The notes under the pieces: generated by a model | Told to the model about the DNA's origin: nothing | What the model saw: the letters and a program-made list of their open reading frames with translations, nothing else | Databases searched by the model: none | Source: a virus | DNA: 64,000 nucleotides | Reading direction: 5' to 3' (one strand) | Virus record (IMG/VR): IMGVR_UViG_3300036770_002165 | Span: 31,598-95,597 of that record | Position numbers and translations under genes: made by a program | Shown: piece by piece, positions 37,886 through 46,227 of the stretch | How the letters are laid out: each line of letters starts with the position of its first letter | Position numbering within the stretch: position 1 is the stretch's first letter

Positions 37886-39107
37886 CGAACACCTCCTCAA
37901 ACTCCATAGTTGACCAGTCCCACTTGATATGGACCTCACCAGTGGGAGCGGAGCGCGCTGACACTACGCGGATGATTGCTTGATCATCGATGTCTGGGTT
38001 GCGCTCAACGCCAAGGATTAGGTCAGCGTCTTGAGCAAACGATGAGGTGTAACCAATCGCGTCTGCTGTGACTGCACGGGTCTTCTTGTTGTTTAGCTTC
38101 CAAGACAGCACCTGGGTAGTGGACACCACTGGAATATCGAAGCGCTGGGCTAGTCGCTTCAGAGATCGGGTGATGTTGGTGAGCGCCTGTGGTGAACCCT
38201 TTGGCTCTCCCTCTTCATCATCCATTAGGTACACGCCGTCAACGATGATCAGATCCGGTTGGTACTCCTGGATCTTTCCGGCTAGAGCAGTAACCGTGGT
38301 AAGCGACGAAGTGTCTTCGCTAAATACGAACGGCTGCATATGTTTGCGCCGTGACAATGCCGCCCGGATCTTCTTCATGTCTGCGTTGTTGAGATCACCT
38401 GAGAGGATGCGACCGTACGGCACTTTAGAAATGAGTGCGTCATAGCGGGCCTCCTGCTCTTCGATACTCATCTCAAAGGAGACGAATAGGGGGCGTTTAC
38501 CATGAACGTGAGCGGCGTTGGCGATGATGAGAGCGAAGAGAGACTTACCACGCTTAGGCTCTCCAGCGAAGACAATGAACTGCTGTGGGCGCAGCCCATT
38601 GGTGATTTTGTCGAGCCCGTGAAACCCGGTGGGTATGCCACGAAGAGCATTGGGTGACAAACGCATTTCTTCATATCGAGCAAGACGATCCTCCCAGTTT
38701 TGAATGATGTCAACATCGCGTAGGCGTGCTGCTTCTACCGACGCTTTTTGAAGACCGGATGACAGCAACTCCATTGCCTTGTTGACATCGTCGTCGTTTA
38801 GTGCGGCGATGCCGGGTGTCAAGGAATCAAATAGACACCGCTTCTTGTAGGCGTCGAAGATCTCTTCAAGAAGACGGGTGAATGGCTCATCCGTAGCATC
38901 GTGCAGAGTAATACCGCCGTGCTCTTGTACGAACACGCGCTCGCTAGGCACCGCTCCATGAGAGCGTTGGTACTCAAGAATCCAACGCCAAATGTCGGAC
39001 CACTCCCCAGTCAGGTGGTCTGGCTTTAGCCCTGACCGGACAGGAACAGTTGTGTCCTTTTCCTGAATGACTTTTGAAATTAGGTAGAGCTCGCTCGACG
39101 ACATCAC
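37851..39107 (-). CDS. dnaB: replicative helicase
   Basis: GEPKRGKS, SFEM, IVDG, AQDAD. Confidence 0.92.
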   Translation of the reverse strand: MMSSSELYLISKVIQEKDTTVPVRSGLKPDHLTGEWSDIWRWILEYQRSHGAVPSERVFVQEHGGITLHDATDEPFTRLLEEIFDAYKKRCLFDSLTPGIAALNDDDVNKAMELLSSGLQKASVEAARLRDVDIIQNWEDRLARYEEMRLSPNALRGIPTGFHGLDKITNGLRPQQFIVFAGEPKRGKSLFALIIANAAHVHGKRPLFVSFEMSIEEQEARYDALISKVPYGRILSGDLNNADMKKIRAALSRRKHMQPFVFSEDTSSLTTVTALAGKIQEYQPDLIIVDGVYLMDDEEGEPKGSPQALTNITRSLKRLAQRFDIPVVSTTQVLSWKLNNKKTRAVTADAIGYTSSFAQDADLILGVERNPDIDDQAIIRVVSARSAPTGEVHIKWDWSTMEFEEVFDGSVSVDPSFD

Positions 39108-39544
39108 ATTCCCCAGGCCGTGTTGGAACTGACGACAGTAGCACGCATACCGAGCACGTAGGCGATCTCCTTGCTCGGCACGTAAACAACTTTGATGCTG
39201 CGGTCGTACCGTAGGTCAGCTTCGTAATCTTCAGGTGATGCGTAGTCGGTGACCGTGCATGAAACACCCTTGCGCAACAGCCAGCGATAAATTTCCTCTA
39301 CCGCTTCTCCGGGAAGGAAAGTGATGACTGCGGTGTTTATGCCGCGGCGCTCTACTGCGTCAATCAAGGACTTCAGCGGTAAATCGTTTGGCTTCCATAG
39401 CTTCAACGCTTTCTCCCAGTCCCCACGCCTGATGTAAAACTTCTCTTTGATAGCTGCTGCACCAGTTGGTCGCTCAGCCAACAGATCTTCGAAGACGCAG
39501 GCTTGACCGAAGACTGTGTACGAGTAGATGTCTCCCTTTTCCAT
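39104..39544 (-). CDS. hypothetical protein, possibly HAD-like
   Basis: MEKGDI...VFEDLL; between dnaC and dnaB. Confidence 0.6.
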   Translation of the reverse strand: MEKGDIYSYTVFGQACVFEDLLAERPTGAAAIKEKFYIRRGDWEKALKLWKPNDLPLKSLIDAVERRGINTAVITFLPGEAVEEIYRWLLRKGVSCTVTDYASPEDYEADLRYDRSIKVVYVPSKEIAYVLGMRATVVSSNTAWGM

Positions 39545-40125
39545 TACGAAACACGCACCTCCCCCATCTCCAGAACGGCGCTCTTAACGCGGTCACCGTA
39601 GCGGCGGTTGAAGTCAGTAACGCCAAGTGTTGTGGTGATGATGACACTGCGGACGTTCTCGTAACGACGACGGATCAGGCTCCCGATTTCATGAACAGAA
39701 AATTCTGTCTCACGTTCCTGCCCAACACCATCAAGAAGCACAACATCGAACACGCCCTGGATGTACTTCACCAAGTACGGGCTTGAGTACATCTCGGGCA
39801 GCAAGTTGTCGCTGTCAAAAGTGTCCTTGAGCATCTCGATGTATTGCTCTGCGGAAACGAACCTGGCGGATAATCCCTTAGTGATCAAATGCCGCAGTAC
39901 TTCCTGTGCGAGCACTGTCTTACCTGTCCCTGGCTTGCCATGGATAAAGAGGCTGCTGCCTTCCTCGTAGTTGTTGACCCAGTGCGCGGCAACCGGGTGG
40001 ATGTCGACTTCAAGATTGCGAAACCGCGGTGGGATCTTGGCGTGGAACAAGCGCTCGTCGCTCGGGCGGTTGCGCCACCAGGCTGCGGATTTCCAGTCAG
40101 TCGGTGTCTGGTAGTTCTGGCTCAT
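39544..40125 (-). CDS. DnaC/IstB-like helicase loader
   Basis: IPPRF, GKPGTGKT, LLDGVGQE, IITT. Confidence 0.85.
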   Translation of the reverse strand: MSQNYQTPTDWKSAAWWRNRPSDERLFHAKIPPRFRNLEVDIHPVAAHWVNNYEEGSSLFIHGKPGTGKTVLAQEVLRHLITKGLSARFVSAEQYIEMLKDTFDSDNLLPEMYSSPYLVKYIQGVFDVVLLDGVGQERETEFSVHEIGSLIRRRYENVRSVIITTTLGVTDFNRRYGDRVKSAVLEMGEVRVS

Positions 40126-40453
40126 GGTGGTCCTCTTGTGTGTCGTTGTAGGAGTTCTCAATTATGTCCCAAAATTTTGAGTTGTCAATCTTCCGCTTGT
40201 GTACAACAGTGGTGTGTACATCAAGACCAGCTTTAGTACTAAATTGCGCTGAGCATTCAGGGCACTTCTCCATGTCCTTTTTGGGAACTTGTTGACGGGT
40301 GCAGAAAATGTCAGTGGGAATCAGTTGGTCCATAGAGTGGTCGAACCAAAGCTCGTACTCCTGCGGTGAGGAGAAGTTCTCATTAACCCAGGCAGCAAAG
40401 AACAGGATGTCATCAAGGCTTGAAAATACGTAACGCTTATCATTTTCTTCCAT
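40097..40453 (-). CDS. C2H2 zinc-finger protein
   Basis: CPECSAQF....L..H...H. Confidence 0.7.
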   Translation of the reverse strand: MEENDKRYVFSSLDDILFFAAWVNENFSSPQEYELWFDHSMDQLIPTDIFCTRQQVPKKDMEKCPECSAQFSTKAGLDVHTTVVHKRKIDNSKFWDIIENSYNDTQEDHHEPELPDTD

Positions 40454-41678
40454 GATTGATTCTTCTGTAGTTGTACACAGCCTCCGTAATTGAAGCGGCC
40501 TGGGGTCTTAAATTTTCTTTTGACAACTTGATCAGCTCGTCAGGCAGTGGAACCCCAGTTAGGGACTCCCGTAGCTCAACCGGGTCACCGTCTTCTTCAC
40601 CAGCTATAACTCTTACTAACGAGTTTAGCGTAGATAGGGTAGGTTTAAATTCTTCAGATGTACCACCTGAACTATTCTCGATGAGGTAAACTACTAGTTC
40701 GGGGTATCGATAACAGATATCCATTCCGTACATGATCACGGTGTTCCTTATGACCTGATCACTCGCCCGGTCATCCCACGGTAGGTCTAGATCACCGCGC
40801 TGAAAGTCGTTTACGACGAAGGAGAGAACGGGGTTGTCTACGGCAACCGTAGCGTCGGTCTGCTCCATTAGTTTTTTCTGCACGGCCTTGCTGGAGAATG
40901 TCAGCACTGGGTTGTCTGAGTTGCGCCAGTGCTCTACGTCGAGGAAGCGTTTGATCATCTGTGAGATGGTGAACTCTGTTAGGCCGGAGTCGGCCAGCGT
41001 GTTGAGGGTCCTTTTCAGTATCACGACTTCTTGCGTGGAGTACGTGCGGCTCATGATAACCCGGGGGTCACCAATGAACTGGGTGACGAGTCGCCCTAGC
41101 TTCCGGTTGGGTTTCTTCTTCGGTGCCGGATCGAACGGAACGTCCTCTCGGTCTGGGTCTGCCCCAAAGATCATGTCCTCACCTCCGCCGCTTGCGGCCC
41201 TCTTTAGTACTTCTATGTCACTAATATCTAGTATCTCTATTGCAATTTCGCGAATCCCCTGGTCGGGCCAGGAAAATGGCCCATTTGAATAGGTCACCGG
41301 TGACCTATTGGGAGCACCATCATGGGTACTTGAATAGGTCACGGCTGACCTATTGAATAGGTCACCGGTGACTCTATTGGTTGGCTTTTGATAGATGATC
41401 TTGTACACATTTACGGCTGGCTTACCACGCCTGGTGGTGAGTACCACTCGATGTTCTTCGAGCCACTTTAATGAACGCTGTACCGTTTTTGGGCTAACCA
41501 TTACGTACTCTGCGATCTGGTTGATAGACGCCCTAACCTCTTGCGTACGGCGTTCCATGAGGGCTACTAGTCCTACTAAAACCTGTAGGTCACGCGCCTG
41601 ACCGTGGTCGCGGATCTCCTCCGCAGCCCACACGGGAACCGCCAAGAAAGGTCCCTGAAAAAGCGAGTTGGTGGTCAT
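40440..41678 (-). CDS. replication initiator (N-terminal wHTH)
   Basis: SINQIAE...SPKTVQRSL..LE; precedes dnaC/dnaB; internal iterons. Confidence 0.75.
   Translation of the reverse strand: MTTNSLFQGPFLAVPVWAAEEIRDHGQARDLQVLVGLVALMERRTQEVRASINQIAEYVMVSPKTVQRSLKWLEEHRVVLTTRRGKPAVNVYKIIYQKPTNRVTGDLFNRSAVTYSSTHDGAPNRSPVTYSNGPFSWPDQGIREIAIEILDISDIEVLKRAASGGGEDMIFGADPDREDVPFDPAPKKKPNRKLGRLVTQFIGDPRVIMSRTYSTQEVVILKRTLNTLADSGLTEFTISQMIKRFLDVEHWRNSDNPVLTFSSKAVQKKLMEQTDATVAVDNPVLSFVVNDFQRGDLDLPWDDRASDQVIRNTVIMYGMDICYRYPELVVYLIENSSGGTSEEFKPTLSTLNSLVRVIAGEEDGDPVELRESLTGVPLPDELIKLSKENLRPQAASITEAVYNYRRINHGRK
41288..41378. repeat. three palindromic iterons, putative origin
   Basis: AATAGGTCACCGGTGACCTATT at 41288-41309; variants 41333-41354 and 41356-41378. 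Confidence 0.85.
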
Positions 41679-41687
41679 GGGTGGGGC

Positions 41688-41752
41688 AGAATACACCACC
41701 CAAGAAACATGCGCAATGATCCTTGCGCGACCAGCGCTCCCGGTGCTACGTT
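41688..41752. promoter_or_regulatory. back-to-back sigmaA-type promoters
   Basis: Minus TTGCGC-N17-TATTCT; plus TTGCGC-N18-TACGTT. Confidence 0.55.
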
Positions 41753-41758
41753 ACGCAT

Positions 41759-41852
41759 ACCAGGCAGTTGGTGGTTCTCCTACCTGGTTTGTAGGTTCAG
41801 CAGACGCCGGGGCTCATGGGGTAAAATCTCCATGACCCCGGCGTTTGTGTTT
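41759..41852 (+). ncRNA. putative anti-RBS small RNA (or dps leader)
   Basis: Promoter, 5' hairpin with loop complementary to extended RBS, terminator hairpin with T-rich tail. Confidence 0.55.
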
Positions 41853-41863
41853 CAGGAGCCTAA

Positions 41864-42298
41864 ATGGACGAGCTAATTAAGGCACTCAAAGTAGCTATGG
41901 CTGATGTGGTTACCATGTACTTCATGGCCCACGGGTACCACTGGAATGTAGAAGGTCAGGACTTCAGCCAGTACCACGACCTGTTTGGGGATATCTACGA
42001 GGATGTCTATGGCTCAGTCGATCCTTTGGCTGAGAACGTACGGAAGCTTGATGACTATGCGCCGTTCAGCCTCCAGAAGTTCATCGACCTTCGTAACGTC
42101 GAGTTCAAGGATGTTGACCCCACGCCAAAGGCAATGGCCAAGTCACTCATGAAGGCCAACGAAACCGTGATCGGGACACTGAACGATGCCTTCAAGAAGG
42201 CTGAAAAAGCTGACCAGCAGGGGATAATGGACTTCCTTGCTAGTCGAATTGATATGCATATGAAATGGGCGTGGCAACTCCGCGCCTCAACTAAGTGA
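41864..42298 (+). CDS. dps: Dps-family mini-ferritin
   Basis: HGYHWNVEG.DF.QYHDLF..IYE...D.LAE.VR; K.AWQL. Confidence 0.93.
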   Translation: MDELIKALKVAMADVVTMYFMAHGYHWNVEGQDFSQYHDLFGDIYEDVYGSVDPLAENVRKLDDYAPFSLQKFIDLRNVEFKDVDPTPKAMAKSLMKANETVIGTLNDAFKKAEKADQQGIMDFLASRIDMHMKWAWQLRASTK

Positions 42299-42305
42299 GG
42301 TAACT

Positions 42306-42596
42306 ATGGCATCAAAGAAAGACCCGCGCTTAGAGCGCGCTGGAGTCAGCGGCTACAACAAGCCCAAGCGGACACCAGATCACCCCACTAAGTCGCACAT
42401 TGTTGTGGCCAAAGAGGGCGACAAGGTAAAGACAATCCGCTTTGGTGAGCAGGGCGCGGAAACTGCTGGCAAGCCCAAGGCCGGGGAATCAGAACGCATG
42501 AAGGAAAAGCGTGAGTCATTCAAGGCTCGTCATGCTGCCAACATCAAGAAGGGCAAGATGTCCGCAGCGTACTGGGCTGACAAGGTGAAGTGGTGA
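42306..42596 (+). CDS. small basic phage protein
   Basis: NKPKRTP.HPTKSH.V...IRFG.QG...SFKARH...SAAYWA. Confidence 0.75.
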   Translation: MASKKDPRLERAGVSGYNKPKRTPDHPTKSHIVVAKEGDKVKTIRFGEQGAETAGKPKAGESERMKEKRESFKARHAANIKKGKMSAAYWADKVKW

Positions 42597-42787
42597 TGGC
42601 CGCCAAAAAGAAGACCGAGTCGAAGGTCAACGAGGCTGGCAACTACACAAAGCCCGCTCTACGCAAGCGCCTTTTCAACGAGATCAAAGCAGGAACCAAG
42701 GGTGGAGACCCAGGCGAATGGTCTGCTCGTAAAGCACAGCTCCTAGCTAAGCGCTACAAGGAAGCTGGCGGAGGGTACAAGGACTGA
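42596..42787 (+). CDS. DUF5872-like basic protein, N-half
   Basis: NYTKP.LR...GG.PGEWSARKAQ...Y...GGGY. Confidence 0.75.
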   Translation: MAAKKKTESKVNEAGNYTKPALRKRLFNEIKAGTKGGDPGEWSARKAQLLAKRYKEAGGGYKD

Positions 42788-43035
42788 TGGCCAAGAAAGA
42801 GCCGCAGAAGAATCTTGAGGCTTGGACAAAGCAAGAATGGCGCACATCCGATGGGTCACCGTCCAAGGGAAAGAAACGTTATCTGCCAGACAAGGCATGG
42901 GACTCTCTGTCACCTTCAGAGAAGGCCGCAACAAACAAAGCCAAAGCTGAGGGCAACCGCAAAGGTAAGCAGTACGTCGACCAGCCCAAGCAGATCGCCA
43001 AGAAGACTGCGAAGCATAGGAAGGAGGGCAAATAA
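42787..43035 (+). CDS. DUF5872-like basic protein, C-half
   Basis: Q..L..WTKQEW...RYLP..AW...GKQYV.QP. Confidence 0.75.
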   Translation: MAKKEPQKNLEAWTKQEWRTSDGSPSKGKKRYLPDKAWDSLSPSEKAATNKAKAEGNRKGKQYVDQPKQIAKKTAKHRKEGK

Positions 43036-43151
43036 TGTGTAAGGAATGTGGATGCGGACTTTCCAACCCCAAGGCACCTGGCTTCGGCAAGGGACCCAAG
43101 GGCAAGAAGAAGGAAGCTGCAAAGAAGGCTCCAGCCAAGAAGAAGAAGTGA
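43035..43151 (+). CDS. tiny Lys-rich protein MCKECGC...KKAPAKKKK (not in ORF track)
   Basis: AAGGAGG RBS; TAATG overlap. Confidence 0.6.
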   Translation: MCKECGCGLSNPKAPGFGKGPKGKKKEAAKKAPAKKKK

Positions 43152-43187
43152 AGTAAGTCTTAGTCAGTAGTTACTGATACAAAGCTC

Positions 43188-43213
43188 AGAGCCACCCTTT
43201 CGGGTGGCTCTTT
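43188..43213 (+). terminator. intrinsic terminator between convergent genes
   Basis: AGAGCCACCC-TTTC-GGGTGGCTCT-TT. Confidence 0.8.
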
Positions 43214-43277
43214 GCTTGGGGGATTATGTTGTGCTTGCAGTAACCATTCGCCCACCGGGTTTATGGTCAAGGTGAAG

Positions 43278-44000
43278 TTACCACTTCTGTGCGTGTTCGA
43301 CAACCACTTCCATTATTTTTTTAAGGATTTCTTGACCGCCGTTGAACCCGATCTCTGTACCGTCTTCCATCAGTACGATGATGGACCCGACCTTCTGTTC
43401 ATGTTGCCCGGACAGCATGTTCACAGCTTCTTCTTTGGACTTAGGATCAAACCCCTTGTCCTTTGCCATGCGCTTGACCAATGCTGTGGGCATCATCTCA
43501 AGCGTCTCTCGCTCGTAATTGGTTTCACCAATGTCAGGAAGTTCCTCTTCCTTCTCCTGCGGCTCATCAGAATCGTTATCCAAGATGATCGGCACAAGTC
43601 CGTTTGTTAGCTCTAGCGTTGGGAGCCGAAGATCGATCGCCTTAGACGCAATACTTACAGAATAGTTTTCCTTCTCCTGGTCCCACAGCACCAAGGCCAG
43701 GCCCTCTACCTCGCGGTTCTTAAGGGCGTTGATAATGTGTGCGTCTACATCATCAACAACAGTTACCGAGGTGGCCTTTTGCGCAAGGACCTTTGGCACA
43801 GCCTTAACCCCGTCCTTAGCTACAACAGAGAACGCAGCCTCGTTGTCCACTACCCAATCGTAAACTGCCTCAAGACCGTCAGTTACTTTGCCGTACCAGG
43901 GGACAATGAACACGGGCTCAAGCCCAATGTCATTAAGAGATGCCTCAATTACCTTGCGGGATGCTGATCCCGATCCAATAACTCCGTACGCCTCGCGCAT
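43278..44000 (-). CDS. hypothetical protein
   Basis: AAGGAGAACC RBS. Confidence 0.7.
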   Translation of the reverse strand: MREAYGVIGSGSASRKVIEASLNDIGLEPVFIVPWYGKVTDGLEAVYDWVVDNEAAFSVVAKDGVKAVPKVLAQKATSVTVVDDVDAHIINALKNREVEGLALVLWDQEKENYSVSIASKAIDLRLPTLELTNGLVPIILDNDSDEPQEKEEELPDIGETNYERETLEMMPTALVKRMAKDKGFDPKSKEEAVNMLSGQHEQKVGSIIVLMEDGTEIGFNGGQEILKKIMEVVVEHAQKW

Positions 44001-44009
44001 GGTTCTCCT

Positions 44010-44264
44010 TTATCTTAGGCTCTTACGTTGGGCCATGTCCCCAACGAGTGTCGCCAAGCGTAGTAGCGCATGGGTCGCTCCTGCAACTGTCGCAACTGAC
44101 AATCCTGAAATCCAGATGTCATCTAGACCCGCCACTGCTGCTGCCCCATACCCAGCCGCGATACTAGCGGTTAGGTTAACCCATGGCATCGGCTCCTTAG
44201 GCAGGAGTGAGTCCAAAAACTGTATCAGTTTGTATACGGCTAGGCCAGCGACTAGTAATTCCAT
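44010..44264 (-). CDS. holin-like membrane protein
   Basis: 84 aa, 2-3 TM segments, basic C-terminus, at end of tail operon. Confidence 0.55.
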   Translation of the reverse strand: MELLVAGLAVYKLIQFLDSLLPKEPMPWVNLTASIAAGYGAAAVAGLDDIWISGLSVATVAGATHALLRLATLVGDMAQRKSLR

Positions 44265-44276
44265 AATTTAAATATA

Positions 44277-46220
44277 TCAGGGCAGCGTGGGTGTTCCGCC
44301 AAAGTCGCTCGGGAGTAGATAACCACTTGGTAACTCATCAACAACTTCTTCAGCCTGAGCCAATCCCTTAATTACGTTCCAGTTAAGTGACCACAACGGC
44401 GTTGCAATGTTGTTTGGTTGGTTGCTATAGACAGGAGCAGCGTATGAAACCTGAGTAACAGGAAGTATTTGAGCCAGATACCGATCAGCAAGAGAGCGCG
44501 TCTTTTTGTAGTTTGAGTTATACACTGAGTACGACTGCTGCGGGTCTCCCTCTACTTCTGACGACGGGTCATCAAAGTTGTGCCACCTATAGTCAGAAAC
44601 GCGTTGCCCAGTTGTGTAGTCAATTACCCACCCCCCCTCAGCGCTGTCCCCATCAAAGTATGTTCCGCCTAGCGTTTTTTCTAGTAATAGTCTTTGGAAT
44701 CCCTTACTGATGTTAGCTGAGGTATTTACAAATATTGTTAGAGAGGCCGTGTACCACTCAAGGGTTGCTGGTGGAATAACCATTTCCCAGTACTTAATAC
44801 CTGCAATGACAATTGGGTTACCAGCATCACATACCAAAACATCATCTTCAGTACCTGAATATCCTGCTGAAGCTGCGCCAGCCCCATTGAGTGCATACAG
44901 TGCAACTCGCACAACCTGGTCTTGTGCGTTATCAACAAAGTCTCCGTGCATAGAGAAGTACAGACGTTCGCCTGGAGAAATTGGGATTGTGTTGTCGATT
45001 GTCTTTAGATAAGACAAAGACCCCCCAGAGGCAGGGTCGGGGGCGTATTGCCAGAACTGCTCGTTAATTTCTTCCTGGAACTGTTCGTCAGCATCCGCAA
45101 ACTCGTCGTACGGACTGAGCGACGAGAATGGGTTACCACCTTCGTATGTCGCGTCAACTACTGGTACTGACGCACCACCAGCTTCAAAGGTGTCTGTAAA
45201 CGTGGATGTTCTAGGAGTACCACCAACTAGAGAACCGGCAGCACCACCAATAATGTTGGGGTCTTTAAGCAGGTTTACGCGCTGTGCGTAAATATCAATA
45301 GCAGGCAGAGGGCCACCGAGGTTAAACGCCGCCTCAGATCCAGTAGCTGATTGTACAATAAGTGCGATACTTGCGGGGGTACCCAAAGCTCGACGAATAA
45401 GCCCAACACTGTCAAGAATATTTCTAAGCTTTGCTGTACCTAGTTCGTCTGAGCGTATGTCTACTGTTAGATCTTTAGCTAGGACATCGAGTACCTTGGA
45501 GTGCGCTACAAGGGGGTCTTTAAACGACATTACGTAGTCAATAGTTGTACGTGCCCTATCCGCCTCAAACCCAAATAGCGAGATCATACGCTTGAGCGGC
45601 CCACCGGAACCAGAATCCAAGCGTGAGTCAAGGTCTCTGTAATACTCCGGAATCTTTTCGTACATGTCATCTGAGCATCCGTAATTGTACGGAAGCAATT
45701 CAGACACTGACGCTACGCGGTCGTAGTAAGCAGAGCCAAAAGCATTTTCATACTTAATAAACATCGTGTAGTATGCCCATTTGCCGGGCTGTACGTAATG
45801 TGTTAGTGAAGTAGAGTTATTAGTGTTAATTAACAACAACCCTTCCGCAACTGTCTGTGGCTCACCGAGGTCTGAGTACACGATAAGGACACGGGTTGGT
45901 TGAGGTGACGGGCTTAGTGCCTCAGCAAGAGCGACATCCCACGTCAGCTTTACTTCATTGTAATCAAGTACTTGTGATTCAAAGTACGAAATAGAAGGGG
46001 TTAGACTCCCCGGAACAGATGGTTCAGAGAGTACTGGAGATGGGCTTAGGTCATCTGATCTAAGTTGTGTATCTTCGTCTTCACGTACTGGCAACCCAAC
46101 AAAGGCGGCTTCGCTACCCACTGGGTATTGAAGGTACGAGCCATACACGGACGCCGAACCAGACGACGCCGACTCAGCATCTGATTCGTATTTTTGAATT
46201 ACAAAGGATTTACGAGCCAC
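44277..46220 (-). CDS. baseplate wedge/tail protein (gpI-like)
   Basis: IPEYYR..D...LKR...GFE.D...L..LA...GT; after baseplate J. Confidence 0.7.
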   Translation of the reverse strand: MARKSFVIQKYESDAESASSGSASVYGSYLQYPVGSEAAFVGLPVREDEDTQLRSDDLSPSPVLSEPSVPGSLTPSISYFESQVLDYNEVKLTWDVALAEALSPSPQPTRVLIVYSDLGEPQTVAEGLLLINTNNSTSLTHYVQPGKWAYYTMFIKYENAFGSAYYDRVASVSELLPYNYGCSDDMYEKIPEYYRDLDSRLDSGSGGPLKRMISLFGFEADRARTTIDYVMSFKDPLVAHSKVLDVLAKDLTVDIRSDELGTAKLRNILDSVGLIRRALGTPASIALIVQSATGSEAAFNLGGPLPAIDIYAQRVNLLKDPNIIGGAAGSLVGGTPRTSTFTDTFEAGGASVPVVDATYEGGNPFSSLSPYDEFADADEQFQEEINEQFWQYAPDPASGGSLSYLKTIDNTIPISPGERLYFSMHGDFVDNAQDQVVRVALYALNGAGAASAGYSGTEDDVLVCDAGNPIVIAGIKYWEMVIPPATLEWYTASLTIFVNTSANISKGFQRLLLEKTLGGTYFDGDSAEGGWVIDYTTGQRVSDYRWHNFDDPSSEVEGDPQQSYSVYNSNYKKTRSLADRYLAQILPVTQVSYAAPVYSNQPNNIATPLWSLNWNVIKGLAQAEEVVDELPSGYLLPSDFGGTPTLP

Positions 46221-46227
46221 GTTTCAC

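Noticed and set aside
42596-43035. Split DUF5872-like ORFs as a frameshifted pseudogene
   Set aside because: Clean TGATG coupling and both halves intact; more likely two genes.
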